Made by a program: the position numbers and the translations under genes
NCBI GenBank assembly: GCA_963663405.2
Contig: CAXXSM010000130.1
Location: forward strand, 64,001 to 128,000
Length of the DNA stretch: 64,000 nt
Direction: 5' to 3'
Source: a bacterium
GTDB taxonomy: Bacteria > Hinthialibacterota > Hinthialibacteria > Hinthialibacterales > Hinthialibacteraceae
The notes under the pieces: generated by a model
Databases searched by the model: none
What the model saw: only the letters and a program-made list of their open reading frames with translations
What the model was told of the DNA's origin: nothing
Shown here: positions 30,419 through 41,018 of the stretch, piece by piece
Position numbering within the stretch: position 1 is the stretch's first letter
How the letters are laid out: every line of letters starts with the position of its first letter

Positions 30419-30891
30419 CCAGTGGCCGTCTTTCTTGAATTGCGCTATCCTACTTAAAGACGGGGCGTTTAACCGCTTCTCGTAGAACGTTACTATACAT
30501 AGGATAACTCAATAATCGCTAATCGTTTATGGGATTCCATTTCGTATTCTGTTTTTAATCGTTTTCTAACCGCCTTATCTTGCATGGTTTACTGACGGGC
30601 TTTCGCTGGAAACGGGACAGGAAACCGAATACAATAGAGACAAACGATGGAATTAGAAATCACTTATACGGATCCAAAAACGCGCCTGTTTGCGCCTATT
30701 TTTATTATATTGTGCCGTATTTATTTCATGAATCAATTGCTGGAAAGAGACTGTGTGGAGCGAATACTGTTTTTTCTACGCCGAAATCAGGGCAGGCGGG
30801 TTTGATTCTCTGGTAATTCCCGGTCTCTTTGGGTAGAATGCGAAAGGGGATGTAACAATTGGAAAGTCATCAGATAGAAAAGGAGCGTTTC

Positions 30892-31650
30892 ATGTACGTT
30901 TTCTCTCGTTTTTGTCATCAGAAAATCAGTGGAATTCTGGTTCTGGGAATGGTGATCTTATTCGCTGGGGGATGCGCCACGTCCTCGTACGATAAAGTAT
31001 CGATTAAAGGCCCTTACATTCAGGAGAATCTCGCGGCGGGCGCGAGCGCTGGAACGGTCGATGGTGGCGAGTTTACGGCGGAAGGCTGGAAACCCGGTCC
31101 CAACGGAACCCTGACTTACGATCTGCCCGGTATGTCGCAGGGCGTTGTAGAATGTGAATTACGCGGTTTAAGCCGGACGGAACGATCCACTGTTTTATTC
31201 ACTTTATACGAACCGGGGGAATGGTCCTATGCGGATCCTTATATCCTTCACAATCCGTACCGGGTCACCGTCACCTTAAAGAATTACCACGAAGCGCCGC
31301 GCGCGCCGTTTGAAACCCTATGGACCATCAAGCATTTCTCCGCGACCACGGAGCCGGAAGACCGGTACGTCGAAGGTATTCCCGAAGATGGTCAAGGATT
31401 CGAAGATACCGCGTTATCCAGCAACGCGCCGATTTTTCCGGATATGACCTATACCTTACGCTTGGAATGGAAGCATGGAATCACCACACTATCGTTGAAT
31501 GGTCAAGTTTTATCCCGTCAAGTTTATCGGCCGTTGCTATTCAATCCAAGTTCGCTCCGGCTGGTTCTTGGACGAAGTCCGGGAATGGAGCCATTCAGTC
31601 AATCCAATCTAGTGTTTTCATCCGCAAAGGTCGCGTTTCCCGGTTCGTAA
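30892..31650 (+). CDS. Hypothetical lipoprotein (beta-sandwich-like)
   Basis: AAGGAG then ATG at 30892; lipobox-like FAGGC. Confidence 0.65.
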   Translation: MYVFSRFCHQKISGILVLGMVILFAGGCATSSYDKVSIKGPYIQENLAAGASAGTVDGGEFTAEGWKPGPNGTLTYDLPGMSQGVVECELRGLSRTERSTVLFTLYEPGEWSYADPYILHNPYRVTVTLKNYHEAPRAPFETLWTIKHFSATTEPEDRYVEGIPEDGQGFEDTALSSNAPIFPDMTYTLRLEWKHGITTLSLNGQVLSRQVYRPLLFNPSSLRLVLGRSPGMEPFSQSNLVFSSAKVAFPGS

Positions 31651-31831
31651 CCTGAGCGAATCGGTTTGGTATTTATAAAGACACAACGATCTAACCGGAT
31701 ACACTTATTTTTCCCAACATCGATACGGAAAGAACTCTTTCCCAGCGAAAAACGGCGGAATCCGCCTTGCGGCGGAGTTGACGCCGACGTATCATCGATA
31801 GATCACCGATTGATACGGGAAGGAAGGTATC

Positions 31832-33169
31832 GTGCTGGAAAAAATCTTTCATTTGTCCGAGAATGGGACGACTGTCCGCCGAGAAATCATCGGCGGGATG
31901 ACCACATTTCTAACGCTATCCTACATCATTTTCGTCCAGCCGGCCCTATTGTCAGATCCTCATGGCGCGGGGATGGATTTTGGGGCTGTGATGACGGCGA
32001 CCTGTCTTTCGTCCGCGCTAGCTATCTTTTTAATGGCGTTTCTAGCCAATTATCCGATCGCGCTCGCGCCGGGGATGGGGCATAATGTCTTTTTCTCCTT
32101 CATCGTCTGTGGCGCGATGGGGATTCCCTGGCAGACTGCGATGGGCGCTATTCTTATTTCCGGGTGCCTATTTGTGATCCTTGGCGCGTTTGGATTCCGG
32201 AAAGCGATTATGGATTGCATTCCCCCAGCGCTGAAGTTTGGAATTGCGGTAGGGATTGGTTTGATGATCGCCCTTCTCGGTTTGGAATGGGCTGGATTAG
32301 TGATCAACAGTGAGGCCACTCTCGTCACCGTCGCGACGGATTTGAACGCGCCGCATATTCTTGTATCCGGCGCGGGACTGCTCGTGATTATGATTTTATC
32401 CTGCTACAACGTTCGTGGGAGCGTTTTGCTGGGGATGATTGTCTCAGGCGTCCTTGCGTGGTGGTTTGGATTGATCGTGTATGATGGCGCGTTTGCCATG
32501 CCGCCGTCTCTTGCGCCGACGTTTTTTCAACTTGATCCGATTGCGGCGTTTAGCACAGGCTTTCTTACGATTATCTTCATCTTTTTCATCCTGGATTTAT
32601 TCGACACGATCGCCACATTGGTCGGCGTTGCGGAACTGGGTGGTTTTATGAAGGGGGATGAACTGCCCCGCGCGCGGCAGGCTCTCTTATCCGACGCGAT
32701 CGGCACTGTCGGCGGCGCGTGCCTGGGCACATCCACCGTGACGAGCTATGTTGAATCCTGCGCGGGGATCAGCGACGGCGCCCGGACGGGATTGGCGAAC
32801 GTTGTGACAGGCTTGCTTTTCCTCGCGGCTCTCTTTACGGAGCCGCTTGTCCGTTTATTGGGTAAAGGACTTCCCGCGGAGACTGGAGGCTTGGTTTATC
32901 CTATAATCGCCCCCGCGTTGATCGTTGTCGGATTCCTGATGATGCGCGCTGTCAAACTGATCCCTTGGGATGATTATACCGAAAGCATCCCTGCGTTCAT
33001 CAGTATTGTCTTCATCGCATTCAGTTTTTCCCCCACAGAAGGCATCGCCTTTGGCTTCATCAGCTACACTATCCTCAAACTGACCACCGGCCGCGTCCGG
33101 GACGTGCACCCCTTAATGTGGATTATTTCCCTTGTATTTATCTTCCGGTATTTTTATTTGGCGATGTGA
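31832..33169 (+). CDS. NCS2/AzgA-family nucleobase (purine) permease
   Basis: EIIGGMTTFLT.SYI, NYPIALAPGMG and TSYVES..G...GARTG motifs. Confidence 0.92.
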   Translation: MLEKIFHLSENGTTVRREIIGGMTTFLTLSYIIFVQPALLSDPHGAGMDFGAVMTATCLSSALAIFLMAFLANYPIALAPGMGHNVFFSFIVCGAMGIPWQTAMGAILISGCLFVILGAFGFRKAIMDCIPPALKFGIAVGIGLMIALLGLEWAGLVINSEATLVTVATDLNAPHILVSGAGLLVIMILSCYNVRGSVLLGMIVSGVLAWWFGLIVYDGAFAMPPSLAPTFFQLDPIAAFSTGFLTIIFIFFILDLFDTIATLVGVAELGGFMKGDELPRARQALLSDAIGTVGGACLGTSTVTSYVESCAGISDGARTGLANVVTGLLFLAALFTEPLVRLLGKGLPAETGGLVYPIIAPALIVVGFLMMRAVKLIPWDDYTESIPAFISIVFIAFSFSPTEGIAFGFISYTILKLTTGRVRDVHPLMWIISLVFIFRYFYLAM

Positions 33170-33218
33170 GCCATATAGCTCCCGTTTTACCGGCCTACCG
33201 ATAATAATTGAATGATTC

Positions 33219-33345
33219 GCTGGGCGCCAAGGGGAAGGCTTTTTTCTCCCCTTGCGTAATTTCTGGAACGTTGGGCCAGGGCAGATGAAAATTAAGGCTC
33301 CGGCGCGAGCGCCGGTACTTGCCCTGGCCACCCGCCGATTAGGCC
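33219..33345 (+). repeat. Structured two-hairpin dispersed repeat, copy A
   Basis: CAAGGGGA..TCCCCTTG and GCCAGGGCA..TGCCCTGGC hairpins; second copy at 54907-55028. Confidence 0.65.
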
Positions 33346-33398
33346 TTTTTGTACACAAAAAGTTTTGACACTACTTTTAATGCCCCTAGGAGGCGCCA

Positions 33399-35909
33399 AT
33401 GGTGAAAAAACTTCTTTTTTATATGGGGCTTATGATGGTCGTGATTCTGGCCGTGGAAATAGTCTCTTTACTGTATGGTTTTTGCATTACCAATCATTTA
33501 TTCTCTTATTCTCATTTCAATCAACAGAAAAAAGACGTCATTCAAGAAATCATAAATGAACATAATATGGTGGATGAGGAAGGGAATATCAATCTCGTCC
33601 ATATAAACTGCGTTCCCCATCCATATTTTGGTTATGTATTAGATCCAACGATTATACTTCCTGAAGAGGATCGGCGCTTATTTAATTTGTATCATTACGA
33701 TGATTTCATTATTCCGTGGAGAAGCAAAGATCGTATTGTAATCTTAGTCATGGGTGGATCGGTGGCATGGGATTTCGCGTCCAAAGGGTTGAAGCGTTTT
33801 TTAGAGCTGTTGAAACAATATCCTCAATTTAAAAACAAAGAAATTCTGGTCTTTCGATCCTGCTTCGGAGGATATAAACAACCACAGCAACTTCTTATTT
33901 TGAATTACTTGATATCCTTGGGAGGCTATTATGATGTTGTAATCAATATTGATGGATTCAATGAAATCGCTTTGTCCTTGGGTGAAAACGTTCCCAATGG
34001 CGTAAATCCTTTTTACCCCCGGCGATGGGATCTTTTAATGCCGGACACCGCGAATCCGCAATTTCTTAAACGCATCGGCCGAAAAATAGTATTAGAAGAA
34101 AAACGTTTGAGTTGGGCGCGGCTTTTTCATGACACCGTTTTGCGGTATAGCGCTGCGATGAATCTTCTTTGGAGGGTAAACGACAATATTCTTAAACGCC
34201 AAGTGGTAGAAGCGAAACTGGAATTGGCGACGAGTGTGGCGCCAACGATTGACCAGACCGTAAAAGGCCCTCCCGCTCATCCAACTGCTGAACTCGAATT
34301 AATCAATCGTATGGCGAAATTCTGGGCGAATTGTTCCATCCAAATGAATCAGTTATGTGATAGGAATGGGATAGACTATTACCACATCCTGCAGCCCAAT
34401 CAGTATGCTCCCGATAGCAAACCGTTTTCTTCAGAAGAGCAAAGTATTTACCGCAATAATCCCATCTACAAATCCCCCGCCCAGCTGGGGTATCCCCGGT
34501 TGATCGAACGAGGCGGCTATCTGCATGAGCATAATGTGAAATTTTTTGATTTGAGTGGCTTGTTTAAAGATACAAGTGAGACTGTTTATCGAGATGACTG
34601 CTGTCATTACAATGATCTGGGTCAGCGGCTCTTCGGAGAGCGGATCGCAGACATTATCGGCTCGATGTACACGCCTGGAAACGCGCCTGATTCTCCATCG
34701 TTTCGTGAAGAAACAGAAGATCGAGTGATCGTGTCCCAAGGAGCCGGTGGAAGATCCATGTTTGACGTGCGGCTTTTCAATAAGGGCCTGGATTCATGTT
34801 TTTTCGTTCTCAAGAGTCTCAAATCGCGTTTCCCAAATAAACCCGGCGACTTTTGCGGGGCGGTATATGTGGCGGCAGGGGATGTGAATAATGACGGTGT
34901 AGAAGATATTGTAACGACCTTTGGTCCGACGCGGCCTAAACCTCCATTTAGAGTTATAAATTTGTTTGTTGTTCGCGATGGGAAATCGGGAGACTTGATC
35001 AGCCATCCTTTTAACGCTTTTCCACCTAAGAGGTACACAGGAGGCGAGGTTCACTGTGCCGTAGGGGATTTTATCGGCTCACCCACGAAACAGATCGCTT
35101 TTGCGCAGGGTGTAGACGGCGCGAATACTATTTGCTTGTTTCAATATGAAGGAAAACCGCGGCCGTATGGATGGAAACATATTATTAAAGGCGTTAGCGC
35201 GGCTGAAACAGCGCCGTCAACAGAGAGCAAACCGGGTTTAACATTGGCGGCCGGGGATTTGAATGGAGATGGACGTGATGAACTGCTAACGGGCGAGAAT
35301 AACAGTCCTTATTCCACTTGCATGATTTCAGTATTACAATTCAGCGAGGATGGGCGCGTAGCCTCAAGACACTCAATCCAAGCGTTCCCTGCCGCTTATC
35401 AAGGAAACGGGGGAATCAATATAGCCGCCGGTGATTTGAATGGAGACGGGAAACTCGAAATCGTGGCGGCAAGCCAAGGTAATTCCCGAAATCATGGTGA
35501 TGCGCGTGACTCTGCGCCGTATAATTTAATCAGCATAATCGGTATGGAGACGGAAAACGGAAAAATCACGGGATTCAATCAGCCTGTAAATAACGTATTG
35601 AGTGTCTTCCCTGCAGATATAAATCCTTCAGGATGTGTCAATTTAGCGATCGGTGAATTGGATGGTGATCGAACCAACGGGGAAGAACTGATTCTCGGAA
35701 CCGGCGCCATAATCGATGCGGAGGAGACTTCCATGAAGATAATTACTCCGGCTCCACGAGCAAAAATCCGTGTAATTAAAGTTCTCTATTCCGACAATAA
35801 AGTCGAGGGGATTATTGACATCCAGGGAGAAAAAGAGACGTTCTTGGATGCTTTTCGCGAAGATCGCAATCCAGAGAGCGGCGCTGTATATTTGAGTGTT
35901 TTGAAGTAA
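33399..35909 (+). CDS. Membrane-anchored SGNH-like domain fused to FG-GAP-type repeats
   Basis: N-terminal TM; GGSVA, DGFNE and DCCH motifs; repeated AAGDLNGDGxxE. Confidence 0.75.
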   Translation: MVKKLLFYMGLMMVVILAVEIVSLLYGFCITNHLFSYSHFNQQKKDVIQEIINEHNMVDEEGNINLVHINCVPHPYFGYVLDPTIILPEEDRRLFNLYHYDDFIIPWRSKDRIVILVMGGSVAWDFASKGLKRFLELLKQYPQFKNKEILVFRSCFGGYKQPQQLLILNYLISLGGYYDVVINIDGFNEIALSLGENVPNGVNPFYPRRWDLLMPDTANPQFLKRIGRKIVLEEKRLSWARLFHDTVLRYSAAMNLLWRVNDNILKRQVVEAKLELATSVAPTIDQTVKGPPAHPTAELELINRMAKFWANCSIQMNQLCDRNGIDYYHILQPNQYAPDSKPFSSEEQSIYRNNPIYKSPAQLGYPRLIERGGYLHEHNVKFFDLSGLFKDTSETVYRDDCCHYNDLGQRLFGERIADIIGSMYTPGNAPDSPSFREETEDRVIVSQGAGGRSMFDVRLFNKGLDSCFFVLKSLKSRFPNKPGDFCGAVYVAAGDVNNDGVEDIVTTFGPTRPKPPFRVINLFVVRDGKSGDLISHPFNAFPPKRYTGGEVHCAVGDFIGSPTKQIAFAQGVDGANTICLFQYEGKPRPYGWKHIIKGVSAAETAPSTESKPGLTLAAGDLNGDGRDELLTGENNSPYSTCMISVLQFSEDGRVASRHSIQAFPAAYQGNGGINIAAGDLNGDGKLEIVAASQGNSRNHGDARDSAPYNLISIIGMETENGKITGFNQPVNNVLSVFPADINPSGCVNLAIGELDGDRTNGEELILGTGAIIDAEETSMKIITPAPRAKIRVIKVLYSDNKVEGIIDIQGEKETFLDAFREDRNPESGAVYLSVLK

Positions 35910-35986
35910 GAGAGAATCGAGACTGCTGAAGGAATCCCGCCGAACGCATTTCCTTCAGTCTTCAACCTTCAGCCTCATCACCTTTT

Positions 35987-37114
35987 CTACAGCGTGTCAA
36001 CAACCGCCCGCATCTCATCTTCCGTCTGGTAGAAATGGGGGGCTAGGCGGATTCTTCCTTCTCTTTCTATGGCTTGGATTTGGTGGGCTTTTAGTTGGTT
36101 GATGATGGTTTCGTTGGAGTGGGTTGGGTGGGTGAAGGTGATGATGCCGGACCATTCATTTCCTGATCGGGGGGAGAGGATTTTGTAGCCTTTTTGTTGG
36201 GCTCCATTAATTAAGATATCTGTGTTGGCGTGGATTCGTTCGGAGACGGTATCCGCTCCCGCTTCTTCGATGAGGCGCAGGGAGGCGTCCAATCCGATCA
36301 GGGGGATCGTGGGCAATGTGCCGTATTCAAAGCGGCTGGTGTCTTGTTTGAGTTTTAAACTGTACCGCAGATAGGGGATAGGCTCTCTCACTGTGTCCGC
36401 GCCGACGCAGGTTACATCCAGCAGGTCTAGATTCTCTTTGGCGCAATAGAAGAATCCGGCTCCTTGGGGGCCCAGCTGCCATTTCTGGGAACCACAGGAC
36501 GCGAATGTGACGCGCGCTTTCTTTAAATCCACCGGGAACGCGCCGAATCCTTGTATCAAGTCCACAAGGAACATCACATTTTTCCGTGCGCAGAGTTCCC
36601 CCACCGCTTCCAAGTCGAACCGGAAGCCGCTGGCGAATTCCACTTGGCTTAGTGTTAAGAGGCGGGTGTTGGGCGTCAGGGCTTCGTTGATCTGTTCGAG
36701 GGTGACGCGGTCCTCTTGGGGTTGGATCAGGTGAAAGATGATGCCTTTCTGCCGCAAGCGCATCCACGGGTAGATGTTGGCTGGATATTCACCCCGGATG
36801 GAGACGATCCGGTCGTTCGCGCGCCAATCAATACCGCTGGCCACCCAATTCAAACCTTCGGTGGTGTTGTGACTGAACGCGATCTCATCGGGGGAGACAT
36901 GAGTCATACGGGCGATGGTCTGACGGCAAGCCTGGATTTTTTCTTTAATAATAGGCCAGGAATCCGGTGGGAACGTGTGGTTGAGTTCGATGATTTCATT
37001 CATCGCTTCCACCGTGCGCCGGGGGATGGGGGATACGCCCGCATGGTTCAAGAAGATCGTCTTTTGTTGGGAAGAGGCGAATTCATTCCGAATTGTGTCC
37101 AGGTTTACTGCCAT
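35987..37114 (-). CDS. Class V aminotransferase / cysteine-desulfurase-like PLP enzyme
   Basis: FLNHAGVSP, NTTEG, VDLIQG, SQKW..GP and APHFY motifs; GGAGA RBS before ATG at 37114. Confidence 0.9.
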   Translation of the reverse strand: MAVNLDTIRNEFASSQQKTIFLNHAGVSPIPRRTVEAMNEIIELNHTFPPDSWPIIKEKIQACRQTIARMTHVSPDEIAFSHNTTEGLNWVASGIDWRANDRIVSIRGEYPANIYPWMRLRQKGIIFHLIQPQEDRVTLEQINEALTPNTRLLTLSQVEFASGFRFDLEAVGELCARKNVMFLVDLIQGFGAFPVDLKKARVTFASCGSQKWQLGPQGAGFFYCAKENLDLLDVTCVGADTVREPIPYLRYSLKLKQDTSRFEYGTLPTIPLIGLDASLRLIEEAGADTVSERIHANTDILINGAQQKGYKILSPRSGNEWSGIITFTHPTHSNETIINQLKAHQIQAIEREGRIRLAPHFYQTEDEMRAVVDTL

Positions 37115-37145
37115 AAGCCCGTCTCCATAGGCTGTCATGATACGC

Positions 37146-37252
37146 GATCGCAACGTGAAAATGAGTCGCGGCCGCAGAATGGATCGCGTTTTTATGATCC
37201 ACCGAATACATTATTTAATTCCGGTGGGCCGATAAAGTGTGACCTACCCTAC
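37146..37252. repeat. Partial MITE end plus REP doublet
   Basis: TGAAAATGAGTCGCGG followed by GGATCGCG..ATGATCCACCG / CGGTGGGCC..GACCTACCCTAC; a related remnant lies at about 40933-40987. Confidence 0.55.
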
Positions 37253-37353
37253 TTGGCTTAAAATCATATTCAGAGATACAAATTTCAGAAGAGTCATAGG
37301 GGAAAATAGAGCGGTATTTTACGGTTTTTATCAATGGGCTCCGTTCTCCTATT

Positions 37354-38064
37354 CTATTTCTTGCCGAAGCGTAATTTAATCAGTTCCCAAAGCATGGATG
37401 GCGCGTCTTTGTGCATGCGTAGGCGGGAATTGGAATTGTCGCTCCAGACGATAGGAATTTCCACGACATTATATCCTTTTAAACGCAGCCGCCATATGAA
37501 TTCAACGTCAAACGCCCAGCCCGTGGATTGAATGCCGTCTTGGACACTGCGGAAAGCGTCTCGGTGAAATGCTTTGGCGCCGCATTGTGTGTCTTTGTAG
37601 GGCATCTGAAATAGGAGCCGGACGATCCCATTGAAGACTCGGCTCGCCGCGCGGCGGAGAACCGGCTGCCGTATCGCTTGCTTACTTTCAGGCAGCCAGC
37701 GGGAGCCGATCGCCGCATCCACTCCACCCTTGACAGCGTCTAGGAGTTTTTTCAATTCTGGGGCGGTTGTTGAATTGTCGGCGTCGGTGAACGCGAGGAG
37801 TTTCGATTCGCAGAGATCGAAGCCTTTAAGCAGCGCGCCCCCTTTTCCCAATTTTTCTTTAAATTCAAAGGCGCGCACGAAACTGATTTGTTGTTCCAGT
37901 TCCTTCGCAATATCGGCTGTCCGATCGTTCGATCCATTCACAACGATCAAGATTTCCGTTTCCCCTGGATTTGGCTCTTTTTGGAAAAACGCCGCGTATT
38001 CTTCAACGGTTTTCTGGATACGGGCTTCTTCGTTGTACGCGGGGATAATGATGGAACAGTTCAT
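37354..38064 (-). CDS. GT2 glycosyltransferase (dolichyl-phosphate beta-glucosyltransferase-like)
   Basis: SIIIPAYNEE.RI, GKGGA, DAD, DTQCGAK and WAFDVE motifs. Confidence 0.92.
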   Translation of the reverse strand: MNCSIIIPAYNEEARIQKTVEEYAAFFQKEPNPGETEILIVVNGSNDRTADIAKELEQQISFVRAFEFKEKLGKGGALLKGFDLCESKLLAFTDADNSTTAPELKKLLDAVKGGVDAAIGSRWLPESKQAIRQPVLRRAASRVFNGIVRLLFQMPYKDTQCGAKAFHRDAFRSVQDGIQSTGWAFDVEFIWRLRLKGYNVVEIPIVWSDNSNSRLRMHKDAPSMLWELIKLRFGKK

Positions 38065-38147
38065 AGTCTTGGATTTCCAGGGTCTATTTTCACCTTGCAG
38101 GAGCCTTGCCTGCGCCGTATGTGTGAACCGCAGGGGCGGATGGAGAT

Positions 38148-39071
38148 TTACAGATCGAGCGGTTCGAATGAAGTTAAATCACGCAATAGATCCACCCGAT
38201 CCCGAATCGCCTCCCGGTCGACAGCAGCTAGACGGTTCAAACTGAAATCTTCAACGGTGTAGGAAGCGAGAACGGTTCCCATCACGAGAGAACGGCGCAG
38301 GTTTGAGGGATTGAGTTCACCGGTTTTCGCGAGGTAACCCATCATGCCACCAGCGAAGGTGTCTCCAGCGCCGGTAGGATCTTTTGCCGTTCGCAGGGGA
38401 ATCGCGGGGATGGTAAACATCCAGTCCTTCGCAAACAGCGTGGCTCCGTGGCTGCCTTTTTTGATTACAACCACTTTCGGCCCCATGTCTAAAATTGAAT
38501 CGGCGGCGTCGTGGAGATTCGTTTTCTTGGTCAACATCATCGCTTCTCCATCGTTGACCAGCATGATCTGGACGCGGCGAACCACTTGATCGAGAAGTTC
38601 CGGTGTGCCATTGATCCAGAAATTCATTGTATCCGCCGCGACAACGGGATTGCCTTCCATGCGGTTGAGGACATCCAGTTGCAGCTGTGGGTGAATGTTT
38701 CCAAGAAAGAGGAAGGGAATTGAACAATGCGATTCGGGAATTTTGGGGGAGAACTCCCCGAAGACACCCAATTGCGTATCCTCGGTTATGGCGGCGTTCA
38801 TATCGCCTTCATAGTATCCTTTCCAATGGAAGGTTTTTCCAGGCGTGTATTCCAGGCATGTGAGATCAATGTTCTTCGATTCCAACAGTTGGACGTGTTT
38901 TTGAGGGAAGTCATCACCGACGACGCCCACAAGAGCGGGGCTGCAGACCGAACTCGCGGCGCAGGAAGCGTAGATGGCCGTTCCACCGAGCACATTTTCG
39001 ACTTGACCATAGGGAGATCGGACTGTGTCAAGCCCAATGGAACCGACGATTAACAGGGATGAGTCTGTCAT
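38148..39071 (-). CDS. PfkB-family carbohydrate kinase
   Basis: DPTGAGDTFAGG signature. Confidence 0.9.
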   Translation of the reverse strand: MTDSSLLIVGSIGLDTVRSPYGQVENVLGGTAIYASCAASSVCSPALVGVVGDDFPQKHVQLLESKNIDLTCLEYTPGKTFHWKGYYEGDMNAAITEDTQLGVFGEFSPKIPESHCSIPFLFLGNIHPQLQLDVLNRMEGNPVVAADTMNFWINGTPELLDQVVRRVQIMLVNDGEAMMLTKKTNLHDAADSILDMGPKVVVIKKGSHGATLFAKDWMFTIPAIPLRTAKDPTGAGDTFAGGMMGYLAKTGELNPSNLRRSLVMGTVLASYTVEDFSLNRLAAVDREAIRDRVDLLRDLTSFEPLDL

Positions 39072-39132
39072 GGGTACTCCTTTTTGTTAGAATAAAATCC
39101 GGGATTGTACAACGATTCAATGGGATTGAATT

Positions 39133-39229
39133 CGTATAAACCATTATGGTTTAAGATCACAACCTGCAAATGAAAATGAGTCGCGGGAGAAATCATAAAC
39201 GAGAATGTTTTCTAGACTCATTTTCATAT
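39133..39229 (-). mobile_element. MITE-like element, reverse orientation
   Basis: CGTATAAACCATTATG..AGATCACAA tail plus ATGAAAATGAGT / ACTCATTTTCAT. Confidence 0.65.
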
Positions 39230-39634
39230 AAAACGATCGAGTGGCTCTTCGCGGCCGCGTTGTATTGATATCGTTTCGGTATTAACAATCTACGATCGTA
39301 TGAGAGTATTCGAATCGTCATACAGAAATTACTCTTTACAGTATCTTATGCGCGCCAAAATAAACTGAGAAGGGTTTAAGGAACTGGGAGGGTTTTTTTC
39401 CCCTATTTTCATTGAATCGGCGTTCGTTGTATGGCGCGTTAGTATGATGTTATAATAAGTATTATTCTCCAATATCGTGGTGTACAGGGATCTTACGCTA
39501 GACAGAAATGATGAACAGAAGACATAATAGGAATTGATATAATGAAATGGCATATTGTCGAATCTACGGCGATTGTCTTTTCTATTCGATGCTATTATCC
39601 TGTTCGTTTATTGCAAATTGGGAACCCATATAGA

Positions 39635-40936
39635 ATGTCAGACAATTACAAATTAGATTGTATTCATACGAAACAAGATTGGGATCAGTGGCTGCGGAAA
39701 TGCCGCGAGGTGGATCTTCAGCAGACGTGGGAGTACGGGGAGAGTGTGAAGCGTTGTATCGGATGGGAACCGGACCGGCGGTTAGTTCTCGAAGGCGGCG
39801 TTCCCGTGGCGATGGTCCAGACTTTAATCAAAGACGTGCCAATCTTGGGCCGTGTGGCTCGAATGCAGCATGGGCCTCTGTTTCTGGAAAATGAAGAATC
39901 TTTTTCGTCGTCAAGAGCTATTCAGGCGATCGATTTTCTACGCGGGTATTGGGTGGAGGAAGAGAAGGTGATTCTTCATTTAGCCCCTTGTTTGCTTGCG
40001 GGAGATTTACCTGTCGATTGGGCGGAGAAAACCGGTTTTAAATCCACGAATGAACCCGTTTGGGCGTCGATCCGGATGGATCTGCGTCTTGATGAGAAAA
40101 CGTTGCATAGTCATCTGAAACGGAAATGGCGGGCGCCTCTTCAAAAGGCGGAGAAAGCGGGATTGGAGGCGGTCTGGAGCCAGTCCGAATCGGATTTTGA
40201 ATGGACGCTGGAAAAATACCGGCGGCAAACGGTTGAAAAAGGCATTTCCTGGCCGTCGGCTGAGTTGACACAAGGGCTTTGGAATGAAGCCAAAGAATCG
40301 ATGCGGATGGTTTTCGCGGAAAAAGATGGGGAACGTGTCGGTGTCCTGTTGTCGATCGCGTATGTGGATAGCGCGTTTGGATTATTGATTTGGGAAAGCC
40401 CTCATTCGCGGACCTTGCACGCCCATAATTTTTTAGATTGGCGGTCGATCTTGTATTACCAGGAATTGGGGTATCGATGGTTTGATCTGGGGGGGATCGA
40501 TCCAGAAAATCTGCCGGGCATAACGAAGTTCAAACGGGGGACGGGGGGGCAGGAGTATACGCTATCCGGCGCGTTTGAGGCGCGCCCGTCCGGCGCTGGA
40601 ACAGGAAGGATATCCGGCGAGGATGATTTAGGTCATGTGCTGACAGGCTTGCGGCTGCCGGGTCAATCGCAGGAAACGGGCGCTGATGTCGAAGACCAGG
40701 TTGAAGCGCTATTAATCAAGTTTGTCCAAGACACGACGGGATTCAATATTGGGCAGGATACGAGTCAATCGTTGATCGAAAGCGGTCTAATTGATTCGTT
40801 GAGCATCATTAGCCTTGTGCAGGCGCTGCAGGAGACATTTGATATCGAAATCTCGTTTCAAGACTTAACGCTGGAGAATTTTGACCGGCTGCAATTGATA
40901 TGCGAACTGGTGCAAGCGAAAATGGTTAATCGTTGA
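39635..40936 (+). CDS. FemABX/GNAT-like domain fused to a C-terminal acyl/peptidyl carrier protein; start uncertain
   Basis: LQQTWEYG, HGPL and FDLGG...GITKFK..TGG are Fem-like; LIESGLIDSL...LQETFDIEI...LTLENF is a phosphopantetheinylation motif. Confidence 0.8.
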   Translation: MSDNYKLDCIHTKQDWDQWLRKCREVDLQQTWEYGESVKRCIGWEPDRRLVLEGGVPVAMVQTLIKDVPILGRVARMQHGPLFLENEESFSSSRAIQAIDFLRGYWVEEEKVILHLAPCLLAGDLPVDWAEKTGFKSTNEPVWASIRMDLRLDEKTLHSHLKRKWRAPLQKAEKAGLEAVWSQSESDFEWTLEKYRRQTVEKGISWPSAELTQGLWNEAKESMRMVFAEKDGERVGVLLSIAYVDSAFGLLIWESPHSRTLHAHNFLDWRSILYYQELGYRWFDLGGIDPENLPGITKFKRGTGGQEYTLSGAFEARPSGAGTGRISGEDDLGHVLTGLRLPGQSQETGADVEDQVEALLIKFVQDTTGFNIGQDTSQSLIESGLIDSLSIISLVQALQETFDIEISFQDLTLENFDRLQLICELVQAKMVNR

Positions 40937-41018
40937 TCCACTACATACATTAATCATTCCCGGTGGATCGATAATGTGCGATCCATGCGGCGTTACTGAA
41001 TTCTGAGATGACGGTGAT

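Noticed and set aside
35918-35978. CTTCAG short repeats with a hairpin, and ATCCTG-type repeats at 11216-11260
   Set aside because: These are short degenerate intergenic repeats or a probable terminator, seen once each here, which is too little to support a distinct element.
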